Source: Bacteriovoracaceae bacterium
GTDB taxonomy: Bacteria; Bdellovibrionota; Bacteriovoracia; Bacteriovoracales; Bacteriovoracaceae
Length of the DNA: 64,000 bases
NCBI GenBank assembly: GCA_965217035.1
Contig: OZ244226.1
Coordinates: 2,276,146-2,340,145 of the forward strand
Reading direction: 5' to 3'
Both the position numbers and the translations under genes were made by a program. The first letter of the stretch is position 1, and every line of letters starts with the position of its first letter. Under the pieces are notes generated by a model. It saw only the letters and a list, made by a program, of their open reading frames with translations. It had not been told where the DNA came from and did no database searches. This document shows, one piece after another, positions 10,652 to 21,100 of the stretch.

Positions 10652-11545
10652 TTATTCTTCAATAGTCTTTTTATTTGTTTTGAATATGTCTTTAGAAATA
10701 GATACGAATGGACTAAGCTTCCCCGTGCTTTCTCTATAGGCTGCACCTAGGCTCACTTCTAATCCATTGAGAAGATTATTTTTAGAACTGAATTCACAAC
10801 TAAGAGAGATTTTGGCAAGAGTCTCAAGGCTTTTGAGTTTCTCAACACCTTTTTTAGTACTATAAGCAGGTGTTGTTTCAATGATCTCTCCATCATCAAC
10901 TTGAATGATATGGTAATCAAGAACATTCTTTTCTTCATTGATTTTAGAGTATCGCGAGACAAGTTCCCCTTGAGTATTAAAATAAAAGCTTCCAACTTTT
11001 ACAATACTTCCCAAAGGTAGTTTAGCCCCTAAGCTAAATGTGAAGACTCTGCTATTAATATTTTTTTTAGAAGTGAGATTGAGGTCCTCAGGATTTAAAA
11101 ATCTTTCTTCCTTCTTCTTGTTGAATCCTGCTCCAAGACGAACAAAAATACTTCCTTCTTCTTTGATCTTTAAAACAGGAACTTCTGTAAAGACTGTTAG
11201 GGGAACGCTGACTTCTCTGTTATCACTCGTGTATTCCAGACCAACTCTTAAGTCTTTTAGAAAGTTATTATTGAAATCGATAAAAGCTGGTTTTTTTTCT
11301 GTCTCTGATTCGCTTGAGATTTCCCCTGTATCAGTAGAACACGTCTCATTCTTTTGATTAAGATCATCGTGAAAGTCTTTAAAACATTTGTTCAGACATT
11401 CTCCCTTTAGTTTATCTTCAACTCCTTCACATGCTGTTTGGCAGAGATTATTGAGATCTAAGGAAGCCTTCACTTGTTCTTGCGATAAAGCCTGTGAAGT
11501 TGTTATGAGTACACTTAAGAAAATGAATACTGAACGGTTTAACAT
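10652..11545 (-). CDS. Secreted hypothetical protein; Cys-rich N-terminus and beta-rich C-terminal part
   Basis: Signal peptide, C-x3-C...C-x3-C, alternating beta-strand pattern. Confidence 0.6.
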   Translation of the reverse strand: MLNRSVFIFLSVLITTSQALSQEQVKASLDLNNLCQTACEGVEDKLKGECLNKCFKDFHDDLNQKNETCSTDTGEISSESETEKKPAFIDFNNNFLKDLRVGLEYTSDNREVSVPLTVFTEVPVLKIKEEGSIFVRLGAGFNKKKEERFLNPEDLNLTSKKNINSRVFTFSLGAKLPLGSIVKVGSFYFNTQGELVSRYSKINEEKNVLDYHIIQVDDGEIIETTPAYSTKKGVEKLKSLETLAKISLSCEFSSKNNLLNGLEVSLGAAYRESTGKLSPFVSISKDIFKTNKKTIEE

Positions 11546-11677
11546 AAAGACCTCGTTTCTTATTATATAGACATCTTTTTAATGCAAAGGGTGTTCCACA
11601 AGCTCTTGAAGGCCCGAATAGGAGTTCATCGTAGAGGCCTGTCTAAAATTTATACAGAAGTACTGAAAGAGGTCAGT

Positions 11678-12280
11678 CTAGAAATGCATATACTGGAGAT
11701 CTGTTTGCCCATCAGTTTCATAATACTCTTTCATGAACTGACGATTATTCGCTTTTCTCATCTTTTCATATTCAATATAGCGCTTAGATCCAAAAAGACT
11801 TTTCAGTTTAGTGTGGTACTCATCAATAAGGTCAAAGTACTTTTTATTTTCTTTATGACTAGGAACATAGGGATCATCAGGATTATGATTTTTTGGAATT
11901 TGAAAAACCTTATTTGTTGCTTCTCTATAATGACTTTTTAAGTCTTGGTAGTTTTCGATTTTTTCTTCGCTGATATTAAATTGGTACTTCAACTTTTCCT
12001 GGATATGATCTTCAAAGCTAGCAACAGTGGGATCAAAATAAACTTCTTGTGTTTCTTGCTTTTCTTCGGTTTTTTCAGGCTTTTTGTGATCGAGCATCGT
12101 TTTTTCTTTAGTCGGGATAGTCGCGACTAAACGAGATTTTTTGATCAGTTTTGATTGAGTAATCTCTTCCTTTGCCTTTTCTTTTATGGTTTCAACGACC
12201 ACTTTAGAAGTGTTGAAGTGGAAGACATAAAAGTAACCATTTAAAACAAGACTTAGCAGTAAAAGAATCCTGAAAAACAT
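11678..12280 (-). CDS. Membrane-anchored hypothetical protein
   Basis: N-terminal TM helix, charged helical body. Confidence 0.65.
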   Translation of the reverse strand: MFFRILLLLSLVLNGYFYVFHFNTSKVVVETIKEKAKEEITQSKLIKKSRLVATIPTKEKTMLDHKKPEKTEEKQETQEVYFDPTVASFEDHIQEKLKYQFNISEEKIENYQDLKSHYREATNKVFQIPKNHNPDDPYVPSHKENKKYFDLIDEYHTKLKSLFGSKRYIEYEKMRKANNRQFMKEYYETDGQTDLQYMHF

Positions 12281-12361
12281 AAACTTATCTTAACTAAGGA
12301 TTTTGAAGTTTTCCACTCTATCAGTCTTTGATATCTGCTAATTTCTTGTTAATTTCTTTCT

Positions 12362-13636
12362 ATGGATAGTTTATTTATTCAGGGCCCATGTAAGCTTTCT
12401 GGTGACGTTACCATTTCGAGTTCAAAGAATGCTGCGCTTCCTATTCTTGCAGGTGTCCTTTTGTGTAAAAATAAAATTAGCTTTGATTCTCTTCCTGCAC
12501 TAAGGGATATTAGCACAATAAAAAGTCTCTTGGGCGAGATGGGAGTTCAAATTTTAGATGAAGATCATCTTACTCATTTTGAAACTCCTGATACTATTGT
12601 GACGGAAGCGAGCTATGAACTTGTAAAGAAAATGAGGGCCTCGATTTTGGTTCTTGGACCATTACTTTCAAGATTTAAAAAAGCAAAAGTCTCTCTTCCC
12701 GGAGGGTGTGCAATTGGAACACGCCCGATTGATATCCATCTTCAAGGGCTTGAGCAAATGGGAGCTCAAATCAAAGTAGAGAAAGGTTATGTCGAGGCAG
12801 AAACTTCAGGACTCGTTGGTTCAAAGATTTCTCTCCCTTTTCCTTCTGTTGGTGCCACTGAAAATCTTGTGATGGCAGCAGTTTATGCCAAGGGTGAGAC
12901 GATCATTGAAAATGCAGCTAAAGAGCCTGAGATTATTGATCTTTGTAATTTTCTCAGGGCCTGCTTCTCGCAGTTAGAAATTTCTGGAGCAGGGACGGAT
13001 AAAATAACAATTAATGGTGTTGAAGGGGAGAATACTTCACATACCTATACTGTTATCCCTGATCGGATTGAAGCAGTTACTTTTTTGATCGCAGGTTTAA
13101 TTACTCGATCTAATATAAAAGTTTTGAATTGCAATCCTTCTCATATTGAAGCTGTTACAAAACCTCTTCAAGAAATGGGAGCGAAGCTTATTCTTGGAGA
13201 GGACTTTATTGAAGTACGAGGAGAAGAGTCAAACCTTGTTAGCGCAGATATTGAAACAGCACCTTATCCAGGTTTTCCTACAGATGTTCAAGCTCAATTC
13301 CTTTCTCTTTTGACAAGCATCCATGAAAAATCAGTTGTTACAGAAAGTATTTTTGAAAATCGTTTTATGCACGTTCCTGAACTTTCACGTATGGGAGCTA
13401 ATATTAAGTTGCAAGGAAGAACGGCCATTATCAAAGGTGGTTCGCCTCTGACGGGAGCTCCTGTTATGTGTACAGATCTCAGGGCTAGTGCTGCTCTTGT
13501 ACTTGCAGGACTTACTGCTTCGGGAGAAACGAAAGTGCAAAGAGTTTATCATATTGATAGAGGTTATGAACAAATTGATAAAAAACTCCAAGGCCTTGGG
13601 GCTAAGATAGAACGAATTAATGAACCGATGTTCTAA
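12362..13636 (+). CDS. murA: UDP-N-acetylglucosamine 1-carboxyvinyltransferase
   Basis: KNAALP, LPGGCAIGTRP (catalytic Cys), PDRIEA, PGFPTD, DLRASAAL. Confidence 0.98.
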   Translation: MDSLFIQGPCKLSGDVTISSSKNAALPILAGVLLCKNKISFDSLPALRDISTIKSLLGEMGVQILDEDHLTHFETPDTIVTEASYELVKKMRASILVLGPLLSRFKKAKVSLPGGCAIGTRPIDIHLQGLEQMGAQIKVEKGYVEAETSGLVGSKISLPFPSVGATENLVMAAVYAKGETIIENAAKEPEIIDLCNFLRACFSQLEISGAGTDKITINGVEGENTSHTYTVIPDRIEAVTFLIAGLITRSNIKVLNCNPSHIEAVTKPLQEMGAKLILGEDFIEVRGEESNLVSADIETAPYPGFPTDVQAQFLSLLTSIHEKSVVTESIFENRFMHVPELSRMGANIKLQGRTAIIKGGSPLTGAPVMCTDLRASAALVLAGLTASGETKVQRVYHIDRGYEQIDKKLQGLGAKIERINEPMF

Positions 13637-13643
13637 GGATTTT

Positions 13644-13985
13644 ATGACTATTTTCGAAAAAATTCTCAATAAAGAAATTTCCACTGAATTCGTGTATGAA
13701 GATGAGAAGGTTATTGCTTTTAATGATATTGCCCCTCAAGCAAAAACTCATCTACTTTTTATTCATAAAGAAAAAAGCGAAAACGTGAACGATCTTATGG
13801 ATAAGAATGCTGAACAAGTGAAAGACCTTTATCAAGCGATTCAAAAACATACTCGAAAAATTGGTCTGGATAAAACAGGTTTTCGAGTCGTGACGAACCT
13901 TGGTTCAGACGGAGGGCAAACTGTTTTCTATACTCACTTTCATGTTTTAGGAGGGGAGCAACTTGGAAGTTTTGGTAGGCCTTAA
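13644..13985 (+). CDS. HIT-family nucleotide hydrolase
   Basis: TIFEKI, FNDIAPQAKTH, GGQTVFYTHFHVLGG (first triad His appears as Y); start moved to ATG 13644. Confidence 0.9.
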   Translation: MTIFEKILNKEISTEFVYEDEKVIAFNDIAPQAKTHLLFIHKEKSENVNDLMDKNAEQVKDLYQAIQKHTRKIGLDKTGFRVVTNLGSDGGQTVFYTHFHVLGGEQLGSFGRP

Positions 13986-15514
13986 TGAAAACAAATATCT
14001 GGATTATCGACTTTGGGTCTCAATACACTCAACTTATTACGCGAGTTTCGAGAGAATCAGGGTTTAGTAGTTATATTCTGACTGTTGATGAAGCAAAAGA
14101 ACGGCTTTTGAAAAATGAAACACCTAAATGTTTAATTCTTTCAGGTGGTCCTCAATCAGTTTTTGAAGATGAAGAAGATTATTCTGTTTTCTTTAACCTC
14201 GATATTCCGATATTAGGAATTTGTTACGGACTTCAACTCATTGCTCAGTTTTTTGGGGGAGAAGTTGAAAAAGGGGTTCAAGGCGAATACGGAAAATCAA
14301 AACTTAAGTATATAGGAGAAGGACAAAGCTTTCAGGCTTGGATGAGTCATAGCGATCATGTCAAAAAAGTACCAGAAAACTTTGAAATCTTCCTTAAGTC
14401 TGAAAATGATCTTATTGCAGGGATTCGACATGATGTGAAGCCCATCGTTGGAATTCAATTTCATCCTGAGGTTTCTCATACTGAAAACGGGGAAGAGTTT
14501 CTAAAGAAATTCTTAGAGGAAGTTGCAGGACTTGAAAGTGATTGGAGTGAAAAAAGTATTGCTGATCAATGCTTTGATATTTTAGAGCAAGCAAAAGATG
14601 ATTATATTCTCTGTGCTTTCTCTGGAGGAGTCGACTCTCTTGTTGCAGCAACTCTGGCTGATAAAATTAATCATGAGAAGCTTTATTGTTTTTTTGTTGA
14701 TAATGGCCTACTTCGTCCGCAGGATCACTTTCATATTGAACTTTTAAAGAAAGAAACCAAACTTAATATCGAAGTGATTGATGCCAAGGAAGCCTTTCTT
14801 TCAAAGTTAAAAGCGGTATCGGATCCGGAAAAGAAACGAAAAATTATTGGTACGACTTTTATTGATGTTTTCGAGCAAAAGGTTCATGAGTTTGAAGAGC
14901 AAAAAGGAATTAAGTTTAAGTACCTTTTACAGGGAACACTATATCCTGATGTTATTGAATCTATCAGTCCTCACAAGAAAGGTGGAAAATCAGTAACCAT
15001 TAAGTCTCATCATAATGTTGGGGGGCTTCCCGAAAAAATGAAACTTGAGTTGCTCGAACCTCTTAAGTATTTATTTAAAGATGAAGTTCGAATAATCGGT
15101 CAATATGAAGGATTAAGACCTGAGTGGGTTTTTCGCCATCCTTTCCCAGGACCAGGGATTGGAGTCCGAGTCTTAGGCGAATGTACTCCGGAAAGAGTGA
15201 AGACTGTTCAAGAGTCTGATCAAATTCTTTTCGAAGAACTGAAAAAGCACGAGCAATACGATAAAACTTGGCAGGCATTTACCGTTTGTATTCCGCAAAA
15301 GACCGTAGGAGTAAAAGGAGATGGTCGTGCCTATGAAGAAATCATTGCTATTCGCCTTGTGAATAGTCGTGATGGAATGACGGCCACTTGGTCCAATGTT
15401 CCTTATGAATTCCTTGATGATGTTTCTACTCGAATTACCAATGAAGTTTCTGGAATTACGCGAGTTGTTTACGATATTACCAGTAAGCCTCCAGGCACGA
15501 TTGAGTGGGAATGA
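13985..15514 (+). CDS. guaA: GMP synthase (glutamine-hydrolysing)
   Basis: DFGSQY, GICYG, QFHPEV, SGGVDS, KSHHNVGGLP, KPPGTIEWE. Confidence 0.98.
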   Translation: MKTNIWIIDFGSQYTQLITRVSRESGFSSYILTVDEAKERLLKNETPKCLILSGGPQSVFEDEEDYSVFFNLDIPILGICYGLQLIAQFFGGEVEKGVQGEYGKSKLKYIGEGQSFQAWMSHSDHVKKVPENFEIFLKSENDLIAGIRHDVKPIVGIQFHPEVSHTENGEEFLKKFLEEVAGLESDWSEKSIADQCFDILEQAKDDYILCAFSGGVDSLVAATLADKINHEKLYCFFVDNGLLRPQDHFHIELLKKETKLNIEVIDAKEAFLSKLKAVSDPEKKRKIIGTTFIDVFEQKVHEFEEQKGIKFKYLLQGTLYPDVIESISPHKKGGKSVTIKSHHNVGGLPEKMKLELLEPLKYLFKDEVRIIGQYEGLRPEWVFRHPFPGPGIGVRVLGECTPERVKTVQESDQILFEELKKHEQYDKTWQAFTVCIPQKTVGVKGDGRAYEEIIAIRLVNSRDGMTATWSNVPYEFLDDVSTRITNEVSGITRVVYDITSKPPGTIEWE

Positions 15515-15755
15515 AGTTTTGTTTCTAGTTTAAATGAATAATTTTGTCTTTGTAAGTAACTGATAAGTGATTTTGGATTAGATCTCCTGAAATAAGAATT
15601 GATTGTATTGGAGATGATCTCAGACAAGTTTCCATTTTTCTTGGCAGATTACTTCAACAAGCTTTTAGTCACTTGGAGCTAGAGAATCTGGTATTTCTCT
15701 CCGATAATGTTTTGCATGCTAAAATGCTGAAAATAGTTTCTTAAGAAAGAGTCTC

Positions 15756-16083
15756 ATGAAAAGCCTTAAAGTCTTATCAGCGATTTTCTTTTTTGCAGTT
15801 TCTACACTTGCTTCAGATTAAAGCAAAGAAATATCCAAAGATTAAAGTTTTAAAAACGAAAGGAAATAAAGGTCGTGGAATTACGGGTATTTTAATTCGT
15901 GGCGTTAAGAAAAAATTTCTTTTCACGTATAAATTTAAAGAGAAGAAAGCAGATTTTAAAATGGATATCGGCTTAAAAAAGTTTAAGTTTGATCATGATA
16001 AAGACCGGCTCAGCTATATGGGAGTTGGAGTTAGCGATAAGCTCAAAGTCTTAGGTGAACTAAAAAGTAAAAAAAGAAAATAA
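15756..16083 (+). pseudogene. Small basic secreted protein with a frameshift after the signal peptide (pseudogene or sequence error)
   Basis: ATG 15756 encodes MKSLKVLSAIFFFAVSTLASD then stops at 15819-21; the body continues in the +1 frame (KAKKYPK...) to 16083. Confidence 0.55.
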
Positions 16084-16212
16084 AAGATTACAACGCTCCT
16101 TGTCTTTTTGCTGGTTTCAGGGAGTTTTTTTGTCTAACACTGGCCCTCAGTCCCTAGACTAGACTCAGCTAAAGCCTCATAATGACAGACAAATTTACTA
16201 TAGCTTTGGAAT

Positions 16213-19200
16213 TTGTCGTCGATGCAGCAAGAACAATCTTATTTACAGTCTCACTCGGATAGTTTCGTCCATCTTCACCTTCACACTCAGTACTCACTTC
16301 TTGATGGAGCGATTCGTTTGAAGGATCTTTTTGCGAAAGCACAAGAGTTCGGGATGCCTGCCGTGGCCTCGACTGATCATGGGAATATGTTTGGTGCGAT
16401 CGATTTTTATACGCAAGCGAAACGTGCTGGAGTAAAGCCTCTTATTGGAAGTGAAATTTATTTCACTCCAGGTTCAAGACATGACAGAAAAACCGCTAAT
16501 CGAAATACAAAGACGCTAGCTTCTCAAGATGCAGAAGAAGGAAAATATCATATTCATCACCTCGTTCTTATTTGCAAGAATAAAGTTGGTTATGAAAACC
16601 TTTGTCAGCTTTTATCAAAGGCTTACTTAGAAGGTTTTTATTATAAGCCAAGAGTGGACTATGAACTTCTTAAGCAATATAGCGAAGGACTCGTTGCGAC
16701 GACAGCTTGCTTGAAAGGAGAGATTGCCTATAACTTATTTACTGGGAATGATGACCGTGCTCATGCTGCTGTTTTAAAGTATCGCGAACTTTTTAAAGAT
16801 GATTTCTACCTTGAGATACAAGAAAACGGACTTTCTGAACAAGAAGAAGTGAATAAAAAACTCCTTACTTACGCAAGTGACTTAAGCATTCCTTTGGTGG
16901 CAACGAATGATTGTCATTATCTCGAAAGAGAAGATGCTGCTGCTCAAGAAGTTCTGCTTTGTATTCAAACAGGGAAGACCTTTAATGATGAAAAGCGAAT
17001 GAAGCTAACATCAAATGAGTTTTTCTTTAAGTCTCCACAGTTAATGAGAGAACTCTTTAATTACCATCCTGAAGCTTGTGATAATACGCTTCGAATCGCA
17101 GATAAGTGTAATCTTGAATTGAACTGGAAAGATGAGCAGGGGAAACAAATCTATCATCTTCCTGATTTTGAAATCGCAACTCAAGAAACGACTGAAGAGT
17201 ATTTTGCTCGTATGTCGAAAGAAGGGCTAGAAAAAAGGTTCAAAGGCCCTCACTTTAAAAAAATCGTAGAACAACCCAATTGGGAAACGGAATTAAAGCC
17301 ACAATATTATGCTCGACTTGAAGAAGAAGTAGAGATGATCAAACAAACCGGATTTTCTGGGTACTTCTTGATCGTTTCTGATTTCATTATTTGGGCGAAA
17401 GAAAATAATATTCCAGTGGGCCCAGGACGAGGATCCGGGGCAGGTTCTCTTGTTGCTTATTCTTTGGATATTACTAATATCAATCCACTTCCTTATGACT
17501 TACTCTTTGAGCGATTTATCAATCCTGAAAGAATTAGTATGCCTGACTTTGATGTTGATTTTTGTCAAGACAGAAGAGGCGAGGTTATTGACTACGTTAC
17601 CGAGAAATATGGGAAAGAAAGAGTTGGGCAAATTATTACCTTCGGTAAACTTCAAGCAAAAGCGGTTATTAGAGATGTCTCTCGAGTTTATGGTCTTCCT
17701 TACAGTGAAGCCGATATGCTCGCGAAGTTGGTGCCAGACGAGTTAGGGATTACTTTAGAAAAAGCTCTTGAAATGGAACCGAAGTTTGCAGAGTTGATGA
17801 GTGGTGATCCTAAAGTCGAAAGAATTATTCAAATTTCTAAAAGGCTTGAAGGATTACTCCGGCATGCTTCTATTCATGCGGCTGGAGTTATTATTACGAA
17901 TGAGCCACTTGTTAAATATTGTCCTCTTTATAAGGGGCGTGAAGGTGAACAAGTTGTTCAATTCGACAAGGACTTTTCTGAATTAATTGGTCTTGTTAAG
18001 TTTGACTTCCTTGGATTAAAAACTTTGACGGTTATTCAACACGCTGTAAACTTCATTCAGCGCGATCATGTTTCTGATTTTGATATTGAAGATATCGATC
18101 TCGAAGATAAAAAGATTTATGACTATATTTCGACAGGAAAAACGACGGGAGTTTTTCAACTAGAGTCATCGGGAATGAAAGATCTTTGTAAAAGAATCCA
18201 ACCCGATACACTTGAAGATATTACTGCGATCAACGCTCTTTTTAGACCAGGACCACTTGGATCGGGAATGGTTGATGATTTTATCGACATTAAGCATGGA
18301 AGAAAAGCGACGACTTATCCATTCCCTCAGTTAGAAGAAATCTTGAAAGACACTTATGGAATTATTGTCTATCAAGAGCAAGTTATGAACATCTCTCGAG
18401 TTGTTGCGAACTATACACTTGGGCAAGCGGATATGCTCAGGCGGGCCATGGGTAAGAAAAAAGTTGAAGAGATGGCCCGTCATAAAAAGATTTTTACTGA
18501 TGGTGCAAAAGAGAATGGATTCGATGTAAAAAAAGCTGAAGAACTCTTTGATCTTATGGCCATGTTTGCTGAATATGGTTTCAATAAGTCCCATGCTGTT
18601 GCTTACGCATTGATTGCTTATCAGACAGCATTCTTGAAGTATTATTATACAGCTCCTTTCTTTGCGGCTCTTTTAGGAACAGAAATCAATAATACGGATA
18701 AAGTTACAGCTTATATCAACGACGCTAAAGAACATGGTATTGAGATTCTTCCTCCTGATGTGAATGAATCTCTCTGGTTATTTAATGTTGTCGATGGAAA
18801 CATTCGCTTTGGAATGGGAGCTGTTAAAAATGTTGGAAAAGGGGCAGTTGAAGCTATCGTTAGAGAAAGAGAAGCCAATGGCTCTTTTAAAGGATTTGTA
18901 GACCTTTGCGAACGAATTGATCACTCCTTAATTAACAAACGAGTGATTGAGTCGCTCATTAAAGTTGGTGCTTTTGATGAATGTGAGACGCATAATCGAA
19001 AAACTCTTTTAGAGAATATGGAAATGATTATGAAATACGCATCGAATAAGCAAAAGGATGCAGCTTCAGGACAAGGGAGTCTATTTGATGGCATGGTGAC
19101 TTCTGGATCTAGCGATAATGAAATGCTTGATATTATAGAGGCAGAAGACTTCGAAGATAGAGAAAAACTAGGTTATGAAGCAAGTTTAATGGGGATATAT

Positions 19201-19797
19201 GTATCAGGCCATCCTCTTGATAAAGTGAAAGATATTATTGAGGACTTGAGTTCGATGAATATCGCTCAAGTCAAAGAACTTGAAGGTAATGACAAAAGAG
19301 AAGTGACTCTCGCAGGAATGTTAAAAGCAGAAAGAGTTTTTATCTCAAAGAAAGGCGATAAAATGGCCTTCGCAACTCTTGAAGATCTTTCGGGTAAAAT
19401 GGACGTCATCCTTTTCCCAAAAACTTATGCAGAGTATGGGCATTATTTAGATGCTGAAGATCCACTTGTGTTAAATGGAGTTGTGAACCTTGCAGAAGAA
19501 CCGCGGAAGTTCTTCCCGATGAAACTTCACAAGCTTACAGATCAAGCCGATGCTAGAGTAAAAAAAGTTAAAATTTCGATTGATCTTCAAAATGCCGCTG
19601 GGAATGAACTCGATAAGCTTAAAAGTATTTTATTGAGCTATAGAGGTAGTATCCCTGCGGAGTTAAACTTTACATCTGCCCAGGGAAGCGGAAAAATGGA
19701 TTTGGGGAATGATTTCCTCGTAAACCCACATCCGCAAATGGTGGCAAAGATAAATGATCTGTTTAAAGGCAATTGCGTTAACTTCGTTGTTAATTAG
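16213..19797 (+). CDS. dnaE: DNA polymerase III alpha subunit
   Basis: PHP domain HLHLHTQYSLLDG, GRGSGAGS, MPDFDVDF, FNKSHA, C-terminal OB fold. Confidence 0.99.
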   Translation: MSSMQQEQSYLQSHSDSFVHLHLHTQYSLLDGAIRLKDLFAKAQEFGMPAVASTDHGNMFGAIDFYTQAKRAGVKPLIGSEIYFTPGSRHDRKTANRNTKTLASQDAEEGKYHIHHLVLICKNKVGYENLCQLLSKAYLEGFYYKPRVDYELLKQYSEGLVATTACLKGEIAYNLFTGNDDRAHAAVLKYRELFKDDFYLEIQENGLSEQEEVNKKLLTYASDLSIPLVATNDCHYLEREDAAAQEVLLCIQTGKTFNDEKRMKLTSNEFFFKSPQLMRELFNYHPEACDNTLRIADKCNLELNWKDEQGKQIYHLPDFEIATQETTEEYFARMSKEGLEKRFKGPHFKKIVEQPNWETELKPQYYARLEEEVEMIKQTGFSGYFLIVSDFIIWAKENNIPVGPGRGSGAGSLVAYSLDITNINPLPYDLLFERFINPERISMPDFDVDFCQDRRGEVIDYVTEKYGKERVGQIITFGKLQAKAVIRDVSRVYGLPYSEADMLAKLVPDELGITLEKALEMEPKFAELMSGDPKVERIIQISKRLEGLLRHASIHAAGVIITNEPLVKYCPLYKGREGEQVVQFDKDFSELIGLVKFDFLGLKTLTVIQHAVNFIQRDHVSDFDIEDIDLEDKKIYDYISTGKTTGVFQLESSGMKDLCKRIQPDTLEDITAINALFRPGPLGSGMVDDFIDIKHGRKATTYPFPQLEEILKDTYGIIVYQEQVMNISRVVANYTLGQADMLRRAMGKKKVEEMARHKKIFTDGAKENGFDVKKAEELFDLMAMFAEYGFNKSHAVAYALIAYQTAFLKYYYTAPFFAALLGTEINNTDKVTAYINDAKEHGIEILPPDVNESLWLFNVVDGNIRFGMGAVKNVGKGAVEAIVREREANGSFKGFVDLCERIDHSLINKRVIESLIKVGAFDECETHNRKTLLENMEMIMKYASNKQKDAASGQGSLFDGMVTSGSSDNEMLDIIEAEDFEDREKLGYEASLMGIYVSGHPLDKVKDIIEDLSSMNIAQVKELEGNDKREVTLAGMLKAERVFISKKGDKMAFATLEDLSGKMDVILFPKTYAEYGHYLDAEDPLVLNGVVNLAEEPRKFFPMKLHKLTDQADARVKKVKISIDLQNAAGNELDKLKSILLSYRGSIPAELNFTSAQGSGKMDLGNDFLVNPHPQMVAKINDLFKGNCVNFVVN

Positions 19798-21082
19798 TTT
19801 TTTTGTACCGAACGCTTTTGCTGTTCCTGAACAGAACTGGCATAACGTTTATTCTTGGTATCGCCCTGTTAAAGGGGATGGGCTTAAAACAATTAAAAGG
19901 CGCCTTCTCTATAAAAATTTTGATCGGGCCATTAAAAGAGAGTTAAAGAAAAAAGGAAAAAGTTCAGATCTCTTCTTTCAAATGCGTGACGAAAAGTTTA
20001 ATGAAAGTATTAAAGAGGAAGAAGAGAACTTTAAACTTCGAATTGGCTTGGTAGAAAGAACAGCGGAGCTTGATGAAGAAGGTAGAAAAATTGTCAAAGT
20101 TCGAAAAGGGCTCTCTCCTAAAACAATTGCAGATCTCAATCGGAGAGTTCGAAATTTTCGATTTAATAAATTATCTCGTTTCCAAAATATTTATCGCTCG
20201 ATCGTTTCCTATAAAGTTCTTCGACAGTGGAGAGATGAAAAAGAAAGAACCATTCAAAGGATGCAAGCCAAAGTTCAGGTCGATGTTCCTAGCTTAGTTG
20301 TAAGTTACGCTAATATCATTGAGAAGAAACCCAAAATGATTGAAGAAGGGCAACAAGAAGAAACTCTTTATGTTCGTCTTAATTATGAAATGGATGGTTT
20401 TACTTGGGTAGACTTAAATTTTACTAGTGAAGATGAGTTTCATTCTAGTTTAACTGAAGCTTGGATTAAATGGATCAAAGCCGATTTTAAAAGAAAAAAT
20501 AGAGACATGAATATTCTTAAATATCGAACTCTTCTTGGGGAAAAAATGAAACCCAAGGATGCTCTCTTGGATATGCATGTTCGAATTAAAAAAGACATCT
20601 TGGAGAAAACATTCCGGCGATACCTTTTTAGGCTCGCAGTAGATTTTAGTGTTCTCTCTTCTGATTACCAACTGCTCTATGAAGGTAAACTAAGGAAACA
20701 AAATAAAGAAATTACTCAAGTTGAACCAGATAGAGTTCCAAACCTTTTAGCAAATGCTCTTTATAAAGTTCCTTTAGTCGATTTTATTCATATCAAAAAA
20801 TCGTTAGATCAAAAGAGTGAACGGTCTCAAAAAGATCAAGTTATTGTGAAGTCATTCAAAAACCTCAAACAAGTTCATGAATTTATTGATTCACTTAATA
20901 GTTATGGAGCTGAGATTAAGTTGAGGGCTGAGATTTCTTCAATTACAAGCAAAGAAATCACGCTGAACCTTTTTTACAGGGGTGAACAAGAAAAGCTGAT
21001 CAAAATTGTCGAATTTCTGGGGAAAAATGGCTTTCCTCATACAATCCAAAGTAGAGAATTCCCCCTTACACTCACTTTCTAA
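19754..21082 (+). CDS. Secreted hypothetical protein
   Basis: 442-aa ORF with a signal peptide ending PNAFA; start overlaps the dnaE 3' end. Confidence 0.65.
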   Translation: MICLKAIALTSLLISFFVPNAFAVPEQNWHNVYSWYRPVKGDGLKTIKRRLLYKNFDRAIKRELKKKGKSSDLFFQMRDEKFNESIKEEEENFKLRIGLVERTAELDEEGRKIVKVRKGLSPKTIADLNRRVRNFRFNKLSRFQNIYRSIVSYKVLRQWRDEKERTIQRMQAKVQVDVPSLVVSYANIIEKKPKMIEEGQQEETLYVRLNYEMDGFTWVDLNFTSEDEFHSSLTEAWIKWIKADFKRKNRDMNILKYRTLLGEKMKPKDALLDMHVRIKKDILEKTFRRYLFRLAVDFSVLSSDYQLLYEGKLRKQNKEITQVEPDRVPNLLANALYKVPLVDFIHIKKSLDQKSERSQKDQVIVKSFKNLKQVHEFIDSLNSYGAEIKLRAEISSITSKEITLNLFYRGEQEKLIKIVEFLGKNGFPHTIQSREFPLTLTF

Positions 21083-21100
21083 ACCCATTACAATATAAGG

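Noticed and set aside
10459..10665. 68-aa ORF after prmC
   Set aside because: TTG start, no RBS, overlaps the convergent gene; at most a gene fragment, so not called as a CDS.
16213..19797. Possible intein or split in dnaE
   Set aside because: Length and motif order are those of a normal continuous DnaE.
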